Positions 35,974 through 43,736 of a stretch of 64,000 nucleotides of DNA are shown piece by piece (position 1 is the first letter of the stretch; the number at the start of each line of letters is the position of its first letter). The notes below the pieces were generated by a model. The model did not search any database. It was not told the DNA's origin and saw only the letters and a program-made list of their open reading frames with translations. The stretch is from Nitriliruptoraceae bacterium (GTDB taxonomy: Bacteria > Actinomycetota > Nitriliruptoria > Nitriliruptorales > Nitriliruptoraceae): the NCBI GenBank assembly GCA_007130695.1, contig SLRZ01000120.1, positions 2,408 to 66,407 on the forward strand. The letters are read 5' to 3'. The position numbers and the translations under genes are program-made.

Positions 35974-38684
35974 CGAGGTGCCTTCCAGGGCTTGCCGGCC
36001 CGAACCAGCGCCTTGCGGAGTTCCTCGACGAGCAACAACGTGCTGGCGATACCGGCCGCGACGAGCCACTGGCCGAGGTCCAGGGGCACGACGTCGACGA
36101 TACCGCCGACCACGGGGACGTGAACGGCGAGAATCTGAAGGCCGAGGACACCGGCAAGAGCGACCCACAGTTTGCCGTTACGCAGGGTGTGCCGGACGAA
36201 CACGGTGGTGTGCTCCAGCCGGGCGTTGACCGCGTTGACGAACTGGAACAGCACGAACGTGGTGAACGCCATCGTGCCGGCCACCGCCCCGCCGTCGTCC
36301 GGATATTCATCGAGCGTCCAGGCGAACACCCCGATCGTGCCCAGCGCCATGACCGTCCCGGCCAGCATGAGCCGTCGCAGCCGCCCGTTGTCCAGGATAG
36401 GGGTGTCGGGGTCACGCGGCGGACGGTCCATCACACCCGGCCGGACCGGATCGGCGCCGAGCGCGAGCGCAGGAGGGCCGTCCATGATGAGATTGACCCA
36501 CAGCACCTGGATCGGGGTGAACGGTGCGGGCAGACCGACCAGGCGGGCGCCGAGGATCGCGATGATCGCCCCGATGTTGGTGGCGAGCTGGAACCGGAGG
36601 AAGGCCACGATGTTGTCGTAGATCCCGCGGCCGCGTTCCACGGCGGTGACGATGGTGGCGAAATGGTCGTCGGCCAGGACCAGGTCACTGGCCTGCTTGG
36701 TGACCTCGGTGCCGGCGATCCCCATGGCCACCCCGATGTCGGCCCGTTTGAGCGCCGCAGCGTCGTTGACCCCGTCACCGGTCATCGCCGTGGTCAGCCC
36801 GGCGTCCTGCAACAGGCGGACCAGCCGGACCTTGTGCTCCGGGGAGACACGGGCACACACCCCGACGCCGGGCAGCCGGGCGGCGAGCTGCGTGTCGTCG
36901 AGGGCATCGAGCTGAACGCCGGTCAGCACCTCGCCGACGATGCCGACGTCCCGGGCGATCGCCGCCGCGGTGTCCGGGTGATCACCGGTGACCATCATCA
37001 CCCGGATACCGGCCTGCCGCGCGAGACCGACCGCCTCGCCGACCCTGTCGCGGGGCGGGTCCACGATCCCGACCAGTAGCTCGAACGTCAGCTCGTCGAT
37101 CACCGCTGCCGGGTCGTCGACCGCGGTCGGGGCGAGCTCGAGGCAGCGGGTGGCGACACCGAGGGTCCGCAACCCCTCGGCAGCGAGCTCTCTGATGTGG
37201 CGGGTCAGCTCGGCCCGGGCGGCCTCGTCCAGCGGTGCGGTGTCGTGCACGGTGGCGACCCGGGTGCAACGTGGCAGCAGCACCTCCGGCGCACCCTTGA
37301 CCGCGACCAGCGTGCCGCCCCGGGCGTCGTGGTGGAGCGTCGCCATCAGCTTGGTCCCCGCGTCGAAGGGCACCTCGGTGACCCGTCGGCGTCCCCGGAT
37401 CTCGGCCACGTCGACCCCCGCCTTGTGGGCGAGGACGAGCAGCGACGCCTCGGTCGGGTCGCCGACGACCTCGCCGTCGGTGACGTCGGCGTCGTTGCAC
37501 AATACGGCGGCCTGCAGCCCAGGCGCGGGTGCCGGCAGCGCTGGGTGGACGGCCCCGGACAGCTGGTAGCCGTCGCCGGTGACCGTGTGGCGACCGGCAG
37601 CGGACACGACCGCGCGGACGGTCATCTGGTTGCGGGTCAACGTGCCGGTCTTGTCGGTGCAGATGACCTGGGTCGAACCGAGCGTCTCCACCGAGGTCAA
37701 CCGCTTGACGATCGCCCGCTGCCGGGCCATCGCGGCGGTCCCGATCGCCAGCGTGATCGTGACCACCGCGGGCAGCCCCTCGGGGATGGCGGCGATCGCG
37801 AGCGCGATCGCATCCAGCGCGGCTTCGGCCAGCGTGTCGCCGCGGACCAGCGCGACCGCGAACACTGCGGCGACCGCGACCCCGGCCACGACCGCCAGCC
37901 GGCGGGCGAGCGCGTCGATCTGTCGTTGCAGCGGGGTCTTGCGGTCCGGGGCCTCGGCCAGCAGTTGTGCGACCTCGCCGATCCGGGTGCCCATCCCCGT
38001 GGCGGTGACGACCAGCTCACCCCGGCCACGCGCCACCGTGGTGTTCATCCACACCATGCCGGCCCGCTCGGCGACCGCAGCGTCCGGATCGGAGACGGTG
38101 GCGGCGTGCTTGGACGCCGGGGTGCTCTCGCCGGTCAGGGACGACTCGTCCACCTCGAGGACCGCGTCCACCAGCAGCCGTCCGTCCGCCGGGATCCGAT
38201 CGCCCGCCTCGACCAGCACGACGTCACCCGGAACGAGCTCGACGGCCGCGACCTCGACAGAGTGGCCGCCACGCCGGACCCTGGCACGCGACGGCAACAG
38301 GCCCTGCAACGCCCGCACACTCCGGTCCGCGCGTGCCTCCTGGACCGTGCCCAGCACCGCGTTCAAGAGCAGCACCGCGGCGACGACGACCGTGTCCTTG
38401 AACTCCCCGACCACCACGGACAGTGCCGCCGCGGCGAGCAGGATCAGGATCAGGAGGCTGCGGAACTGGGCGACGAACCGTCTCGCCCACGACGGCGATG
38501 GCGTCGCCTCGAACTCGTTGCGTCCAGCCGAGGTCAGACGTGCATCAACCGACCCGGCGTCGAGACCCACAGCGGGATCGACCCGCAACTCCGCAGCTAC
38601 CGCCAAGGCCGGGAGCGCATGTGGCGAAGGCGGAGCAACCGGCATCTGGGCCGGTCGGGCCTCGGGCGGGAGCATGCTTGGCAT
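35970..38684 (-). CDS. Cation-transporting P-type ATPase (P2/P3-like, Ca2+/Mg2+ type)
   Basis: ICTDKTGTLT phosphorylation site, TGES, MVTGDHP, TGDGVNDAAALK hinge. Start set at ATG 38684 (GGAGG 7 nt upstream). ORF is open to 38711. Confidence 0.9.
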   Translation of the reverse strand: MPSMLPPEARPAQMPVAPPSPHALPALAVAAELRVDPAVGLDAGSVDARLTSAGRNEFEATPSPSWARRFVAQFRSLLILILLAAAALSVVVGEFKDTVVVAAVLLLNAVLGTVQEARADRSVRALQGLLPSRARVRRGGHSVEVAAVELVPGDVVLVEAGDRIPADGRLLVDAVLEVDESSLTGESTPASKHAATVSDPDAAVAERAGMVWMNTTVARGRGELVVTATGMGTRIGEVAQLLAEAPDRKTPLQRQIDALARRLAVVAGVAVAAVFAVALVRGDTLAEAALDAIALAIAAIPEGLPAVVTITLAIGTAAMARQRAIVKRLTSVETLGSTQVICTDKTGTLTRNQMTVRAVVSAAGRHTVTGDGYQLSGAVHPALPAPAPGLQAAVLCNDADVTDGEVVGDPTEASLLVLAHKAGVDVAEIRGRRRVTEVPFDAGTKLMATLHHDARGGTLVAVKGAPEVLLPRCTRVATVHDTAPLDEAARAELTRHIRELAAEGLRTLGVATRCLELAPTAVDDPAAVIDELTFELLVGIVDPPRDRVGEAVGLARQAGIRVMMVTGDHPDTAAAIARDVGIVGEVLTGVQLDALDDTQLAARLPGVGVCARVSPEHKVRLVRLLQDAGLTTAMTGDGVNDAAALKRADIGVAMGIAGTEVTKQASDLVLADDHFATIVTAVERGRGIYDNIVAFLRFQLATNIGAIIAILGARLVGLPAPFTPIQVLWVNLIMDGPPALALGADPVRPGVMDRPPRDPDTPILDNGRLRRLMLAGTVMALGTIGVFAWTLDEYPDDGGAVAGTMAFTTFVLFQFVNAVNARLEHTTVFVRHTLRNGKLWVALAGVLGLQILAVHVPVVGGIVDVVPLDLGQWLVAAGIASTLLLVEELRKALVRAGKPWKAPR

Positions 38685-38993
38685 CGGTGGCCTCCGGGCA
38701 CCGCGACACACGTCGCGGCGAGAACCGAAGGTCTCCCTCCCCCAGCAACGGGCGCGGCACCGGATCCCGACGCGGGACCGTCCTGACGATGCCCACGAGG
38801 TGAGGTACTCCCCTTCCAGACGATCGTAACGCAGGACCGGCGTGCGGCACCCCGGCCACGGTCACCATCTCACCCGGACCCTGGAACGACGGCCGCGGAC
38901 CGGATACACGGGCCGGGTCCTTGGCCCCTACCGGTGTGGACGAGGTCGAGCCACGATCGAGGTGTCCGATCAGCAGCGCACGGAGGCCGAACG

Positions 38994-39488
38994 ATGACAC
39001 TCGCCACCGATCATCTCGCCAAGCGGGGCATCCGTTTCGAGGTGCTACCGCACCCGCGGGCCACCAGCGCGATGGAGGAGGCCCGGGCGCTCGGCGTCGA
39101 CGCCGAATCGGTCGTGAAGACGATCGTGCTCGATATCGCCACAGGGCATGCGCTGGCGTTGATACCCGCCTCACGTCGTCTCGACCTCGATCTCGTCCGC
39201 GAGGGGCTCGAGGACCCCACCGCCCGCCTGGCGGCCGAGGAAGAGCTGACCCGCGACTTCCCGGAGTTCGAGCTGGGAGCACTGCCGCCGTTGCCGTCGC
39301 TGCTGCACGTGCCGATCATCATCGACCCGCACCTGTTGCACCACCGCTCGATCACCTTCAGCTCCGGCAGCCAGCGGGAATCCGTACGCGCCGCGCCGCA
39401 TCGGCTGTTCACCGGGGCCAGCATCACGATCACCCCGATCACCCGTCCGATCGACTTGCGGTCCCGTTCGGACACCGACGTCACCTGA
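38994..39488 (+). CDS. YbaK/EbsC-type aminoacyl-tRNA editing (deacylase) domain protein
   Basis: ATG 38994 has GGAGG upstream. GIRFEVLPHPRATSAMEEARALGVDAESVVKTIVL... matches the YbaK/ProX pattern. Confidence 0.75.
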   Translation: MTLATDHLAKRGIRFEVLPHPRATSAMEEARALGVDAESVVKTIVLDIATGHALALIPASRRLDLDLVREGLEDPTARLAAEEELTRDFPEFELGALPPLPSLLHVPIIIDPHLLHHRSITFSSGSQRESVRAAPHRLFTGASITITPITRPIDLRSRSDTDVT

Positions 39489-39493
39489 GGTCC

Positions 39494-39528
39494 GGACCAC
39501 GCGGTGAGGTCGCATGCCCGCGAGGTCC
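39494..39528. terminator. Hairpin between convergent ybaK-like and GDE-like genes
   Basis: GGACCaCGCGG-13 nt-CCGCGaGGTCC, a 10-bp stem with one A/A mismatch. Confidence 0.45.
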
Positions 39529-39560
39529 CGGCCTCTGCGCCGTAGCACACGGCATCGTGA

Positions 39561-41645
39561 TCAGTCGTCCACGATGTCGAGTTCGAGTGTCCCGCCACGC
39601 ACCTCGACGTCGACGCCCCGCTGCTCGTCGATGCGGATGGAGACGGTGCGTCCGGCCACGGGGAGGCCCCTCAGCTCCAGGAAGCGGAACGGCGCGGGTC
39701 GCAGGGGGGCGACGACCAGCCGGCCGGCGGGGATGTCCGGGTGGAGGCCGAGGCAGGCCCGCAGCAGCAACAGCGCGCCGCCGGCGGCCCAGGCCTGAGG
39801 GCGACAGGCCGCCGGGTAGGGGACGGGGATCGGCACCTCCTGCCGAGCGAAGCCCCCGAACAGTTCCGGGAGGCGGTAGCCGAAGCTGGGAGCCGCATCG
39901 ACGAGTCCGCGCAGCAGCGACGACGCGGCCTCGTGCTGTCCCGAGGCGGCCAGGCCCCAGACCGCGATCGCGGTGTCGTGCGGCCACACCGAGCCTGCGT
40001 GGTAGCTGAGCGGGTTGAAGCCGGCACACGTCGTGGACAGCGTGCGTAGGCCCCATCCGCTGGCGAGGCGATCATGGGTCAGCTGCGCGGCGACCAGCCC
40101 GGCCTCGTCCCCTTCGAGCAGGCCGCCGGCGAGCAGGTGGCCCATGTTGCTCGCGGGCCCGTCGACCGGTCGGTTGCTCCGATCGAGCGCGGTGGCCGGA
40201 TAGCGCCCGTGGGCATCCTCCAGCCAGAACCGGTCACGGAACCGGGCTGCGAGGTCCTCCGCCCAGGCTCCCCATCGCTCGGCAGCCGGCCTCCCGAACT
40301 CTGCGAGGAGTTCTGCGCCACGGACGGCCGCATCGTGGGCGTAGGCCTGCACCTCGGCGAGCGCGATCGGGGCACGTGCCAGGCGCCCGTCGGCGAACTG
40401 GATGCCGTCGTGGCTGTCCTTCCACCCCTGGTTGTCCAGGCCCCGCTCGCTGTCCTTGATGTACTCGAGGAACCCGTCACCGTCGGGGTCGCCGTGGTCG
40501 CCCATCCAGTCGAGCGCCGCTTCCACGTGGGGGAGCAGGGCGGCGACCTGTTCTGGTGGCAACCCCCACCGCCAGGCCTCGTGGGCGAGGATGACGAACA
40601 GCGGGGTCGCGTCGATCGTGCCGTAGTAGTTCGGTGGAAGGTCGCCGCGGTGGGTCAGGCTTCCCCGGCGGATCTCGTGGAGGATCTTGCCCGGTTGCTC
40701 CTCGGTGTCGGGATCGTGTCGCGTCCCCTGGCGCCGGGCAAGCGTCCGAAGCGTGCCTCCGGCCAGGTCGAGGTCGAAGGGGGCGGCCATGAACGCCGCC
40801 CACAGGGAGTCGCGCCCGAACAGGGTCAGGTACCAGGGGCTCCCCGCGGCACAGAACACATCGCTCGGTTCCTGCGGGTCCGCGAGTTTCAGGGCGTCGA
40901 GGTCGTTGAAGCTGCGATCGAGCAGTCGCTCGAAGCGTTGGTCCGAGCACCGCACCGACGGGACGTGATGGCGTGTTCCCGCCGGCACGCGTGCCGCAGG
41001 ACGCTGGATCGCCGCGCAGCGTCGACCGGGGTGGACGGTGCCGTAGATGTCCGTGGCCATTACGTCGAGGCACACCCGGCTCGACCCGCCGACGGGCAGC
41101 CGGCAGGGGATGATCAGCGTGTCGCCCTCCCGCCGCACTGGCGGAGGTTCGGTCTTGATGAGCAGGTCATCGACGCCGTCGGCCCTCACGAAGCGCACAC
41201 CGCCGTCTGCGTCCTTCGGTGCGACGGCGTCGAGCGAGCGGCCGTGTCGGACGTCGAAGATGTAGGCGAAGTCCGTTCCGGTCCGCACACCCACCTCGAA
41301 GCTCAGGGGCTGCCGGCCGCGGTTGGTCAACGCCACCTCCTCGTGCAGCGATCCATCGATGACCCGCCGACGGTCGATGAGCAGCACCGGATCGGGCCCG
41401 GTGTCGGGCAGTGGCAGGTAGCCGTGGAAGGTGGCACTGGCCGGGCCGGTGCTGGAGCCCACCAGCGGCCGGGGGTGCTGACCGTCGATGAGTATTTCCA
41501 GACGGTCGATGAAACGCGTGTCGCGGACGTAGACGCCGTGGTCGCCACCCGGGACGATGTCCCCGGTGGCGTCGGAGACCACGAAGACCTCACCGCGCAC
41601 GCAGATGATCTCGCCGAGCGGTCCGGTGCTGACCTCGTCACTCAT
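39561..41645 (-). CDS. Amylo-alpha-1,6-glucosidase / glycogen-debranching-enzyme-like protein (GDE N-terminal plus GDE_C domains)
   Basis: 694 aa. AAGSPWYLTLFGRDSLWAAFM and (alpha/alpha)6-type C-terminal region typical of bacterial GDE_C proteins. Confidence 0.8.
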   Translation of the reverse strand: MSDEVSTGPLGEIICVRGEVFVVSDATGDIVPGGDHGVYVRDTRFIDRLEILIDGQHPRPLVGSSTGPASATFHGYLPLPDTGPDPVLLIDRRRVIDGSLHEEVALTNRGRQPLSFEVGVRTGTDFAYIFDVRHGRSLDAVAPKDADGGVRFVRADGVDDLLIKTEPPPVRREGDTLIIPCRLPVGGSSRVCLDVMATDIYGTVHPGRRCAAIQRPAARVPAGTRHHVPSVRCSDQRFERLLDRSFNDLDALKLADPQEPSDVFCAAGSPWYLTLFGRDSLWAAFMAAPFDLDLAGGTLRTLARRQGTRHDPDTEEQPGKILHEIRRGSLTHRGDLPPNYYGTIDATPLFVILAHEAWRWGLPPEQVAALLPHVEAALDWMGDHGDPDGDGFLEYIKDSERGLDNQGWKDSHDGIQFADGRLARAPIALAEVQAYAHDAAVRGAELLAEFGRPAAERWGAWAEDLAARFRDRFWLEDAHGRYPATALDRSNRPVDGPASNMGHLLAGGLLEGDEAGLVAAQLTHDRLASGWGLRTLSTTCAGFNPLSYHAGSVWPHDTAIAVWGLAASGQHEAASSLLRGLVDAAPSFGYRLPELFGGFARQEVPIPVPYPAACRPQAWAAGGALLLLRACLGLHPDIPAGRLVVAPLRPAPFRFLELRGLPVAGRTVSIRIDEQRGVDVEVRGGTLELDIVDD

Positions 41646-41742
41646 GGGGGCTGGACTCCCATCGCGCCGGGGATTCCCATCCGTCGGCCACAGCGCCCGT
41701 CGGGGGAAGCCCGGCGTGCGCGTCCAAGGGCGTGCTCTTCGT

Positions 41743-42816
41743 TCAGGTCGGTGTGACTTGTAGGCGCACGGGGTCGGTCTGTCGCGCTCGCGTGCCGATC
41801 GCCTGTTCGTAGATCTGCACGTAGCGCTCGACCATCAGCGGGGAGTCGAAGCGTGTCCGGGCGTTCGCACGGCAGTCGCGCGGGTGGAGTTCGTCGACGC
41901 GTTCGACGGCCCGACAGAACGCGTCGAGGTCGTCCGGTGCGACGAGCCGGCCCGTGCGGCCGTCCTCGACCACCTCGGGCACGGCGCCGCGCGCGAACGC
42001 CACGACGGGTGTGCCGCACGCGTTCGCTTCGAGGGGCACGAGGCCGAACGGCTCGTCCCACCGGATCGGGAACAGCACGGCGGCGGCCGAGCCCAGCAAC
42101 GCGACCTTCTCGGCGTGGCTGGTGACGCGGACGATCTCGACGTCGGCGTCCCCGAGGCGGGGCTCGAGCACGTCCGAGAAATAGTCGTGTTCGCCGGGCT
42201 CGTTGACCTTCACGGCCATCACCAGCTTTCGGCCCAGTTGTCGCGCGACCTCGATCGCGACTTCGGGTCCCTTCTCCGGGTCCGCGCGGCCCACGAAGGC
42301 CAGATGGTCGCCCTTGGTGAGAACGAACGGATAACTCTCGACGTCGATGCCGTTGTGGACCACGCCGGCGAGCACGATGCCCGGCGGGGCCCGGCCGGCC
42401 TGGTCACGACTGATCGCGACCAGGTGGACGCGGTCGGCGACCTGGCGGTAGAGCGCTTCCGTGACGGAGGTCCATGGTCCGTGGAGGGTGTGGACGACCG
42501 GTGGGCCCCCCGGCATGGCTCCAAGTGACGCCCCGGTGAGCGTGTGGTCGTGGATGACGTCGAACTCCTCGCGACGCCGGTGCCCCTGCAGCACGTGGGC
42601 GAGTTCCACGGCGGTGTCGCCGAGCAGGGTGCTGGGTGGCTGCCGGGAGGTCGCCCAGAGGGCCGCGCGCGTGCGCGAGCCGCCGGCGGCCACCAGGGTG
42701 ACCTCGTGACCGAGGGCGACGAGCCCTTCGGTGAGCGCGGAGACGACCTGCTCGGTTCCTCCGTAGCCGGTCGGGGGGACCGAGAACCACGGGGGTGCGA
42801 TCTGCAGGATGCGCAC
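41743..42816 (-). CDS. Glycosyltransferase family 4 (GT-B fold)
   Basis: GTG 42816. VRILQIAPPWFSVPPTGYGGTEQVVSALTEGLVALGHEVTL. C-terminal EPFGLVPLEANACGTPVVA (EX7E region). Confidence 0.85.
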   Translation of the reverse strand: MRILQIAPPWFSVPPTGYGGTEQVVSALTEGLVALGHEVTLVAAGGSRTRAALWATSRQPPSTLLGDTAVELAHVLQGHRRREEFDVIHDHTLTGASLGAMPGGPPVVHTLHGPWTSVTEALYRQVADRVHLVAISRDQAGRAPPGIVLAGVVHNGIDVESYPFVLTKGDHLAFVGRADPEKGPEVAIEVARQLGRKLVMAVKVNEPGEHDYFSDVLEPRLGDADVEIVRVTSHAEKVALLGSAAAVLFPIRWDEPFGLVPLEANACGTPVVAFARGAVPEVVEDGRTGRLVAPDDLDAFCRAVERVDELHPRDCRANARTRFDSPLMVERYVQIYEQAIGTRARQTDPVRLQVTPT

Positions 42817-42892
42817 GCGTGCGCCTTTACGGGGGGGTGGGGGCGTGTCGTCACCTTGGTGGACCCTGCGGGAGGTCACCAGAGGCAAAGGA

Positions 42893-42914
42893 CCCACCGG
42901 GTGCGGCCGGTGGG
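42893..42914 (-). terminator. Hairpin 8 nt after the tandem-USP stop (CCCACCGG-6 nt-CCGGTGGG)
   Basis: Perfect 8-bp stem, followed on the minus strand by TCCTTTGCCTCT. Confidence 0.45.
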
Positions 42915-42921
42915 CCGGCTG

Positions 42922-43731
42922 TCACCGGTCGGGAAGAGGGGCTGCTGCCTGCTGGCTGCTGGCAGCTCGTGGTGTGACCTCGACGTCGGGAAGCAGCAGG
43001 ACGGGCAGGATCGGGTTGGCGAGCGCCTCCCGGACGACCGTGGCACGACCCGGTGCCAGATGCTGGGCCCAGCCCAGCACGATCAGGTCGGACTCCTCCG
43101 CGACCGCGCAGTCGAGCACGGCCTGCCAGACCGGGCCGCTGCGCAACTCCAGCCGTTGGCCCGGGCGGCCGTGGCGGGCGAGGAACTCGTGCCGCCAGGA
43201 CTCGAGCTCATAGCCGGGTGCGTCGAGGTAGCGCGGCAGGTGTCGGGGGTCGAACACATGGGTGGCGACGAGCTCGACCCCCGCGTCGGTGAGCCGGTCG
43301 ACGAGGCCGCGCGTCTGTTCGGTCGTGTGGGGGTCGCCGTCGAGGGGCAACAGGGCACGGCCGACCGCCCCGTGGGTGCCCAACGGCGAGCCCGGAGGTA
43401 CGACGAGCAGAGGGGTGGAGGTGGCGCAGGCGAGCTCGCAGGCGACGTGTCCGGCCGGCGTCGACGGACCCAGGTGGTCGCGGGCGCCGATCACGCCGAG
43501 CAGGACCTCGGGAGCCTCGATCGCGGCCAGCAGGCGGGGCACGACGCCGCCCGACACCACCGCCACCGGGAAGCCGGCTCTGGAGGTGAGGGTGCCGGCG
43601 TGGGATGATCCAGGTTCGGTCACGTGGATGCCCGACAGCTCAGCGTCCAGCAGCGCAGCCATGGCGCCCGCCGCACGGGCCGTGGGGGTGAGGGCCGGAC
43701 TGTCATCGATCGCAGCGAGCACGAGCGCCAT
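42922..43731 (-). CDS. Tandem universal stress protein (two USP domains)
   Basis: ATG 43731 lies 6 nt after the GH65 stop, with GGTGAGGTGA upstream. MALVLAAIDDS...PLLVVPPG, then LLPLDGDPH...LIVLGWAQH...LPVLLLP. Confidence 0.75.
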   Translation of the reverse strand: MALVLAAIDDSPALTPTARAAGAMAALLDAELSGIHVTEPGSSHAGTLTSRAGFPVAVVSGGVVPRLLAAIEAPEVLLGVIGARDHLGPSTPAGHVACELACATSTPLLVVPPGSPLGTHGAVGRALLPLDGDPHTTEQTRGLVDRLTDAGVELVATHVFDPRHLPRYLDAPGYELESWRHEFLARHGRPGQRLELRSGPVWQAVLDCAVAEESDLIVLGWAQHLAPGRATVVREALANPILPVLLLPDVEVTPRAASSQQAAAPLPDR

Positions 43732-43736
43732 GAGGA

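Noticed and set aside
38685-38993. M-box (Mg2+) riboswitch upstream of the P-type ATPase/CorA operon
   Set aside because: The only resemblance is AGGTGAGGTACTCC at about 38797-38810, and it is on the plus strand, which is the wrong strand for the ATPase. I could not find the other conserved M-box blocks (GCCC..AAA, GGGU.AACAG, GCUAAAGC-type 3' end) on either strand. A covariance-model scan would be decisive.
42831-42843. G7-T-G5 tract just upstream of the GT4 start as a phase-variation slippage site
   Set aside because: Short G/C runs are common at this GC content, the tract is outside the CDS, and there is no evidence of length variation.
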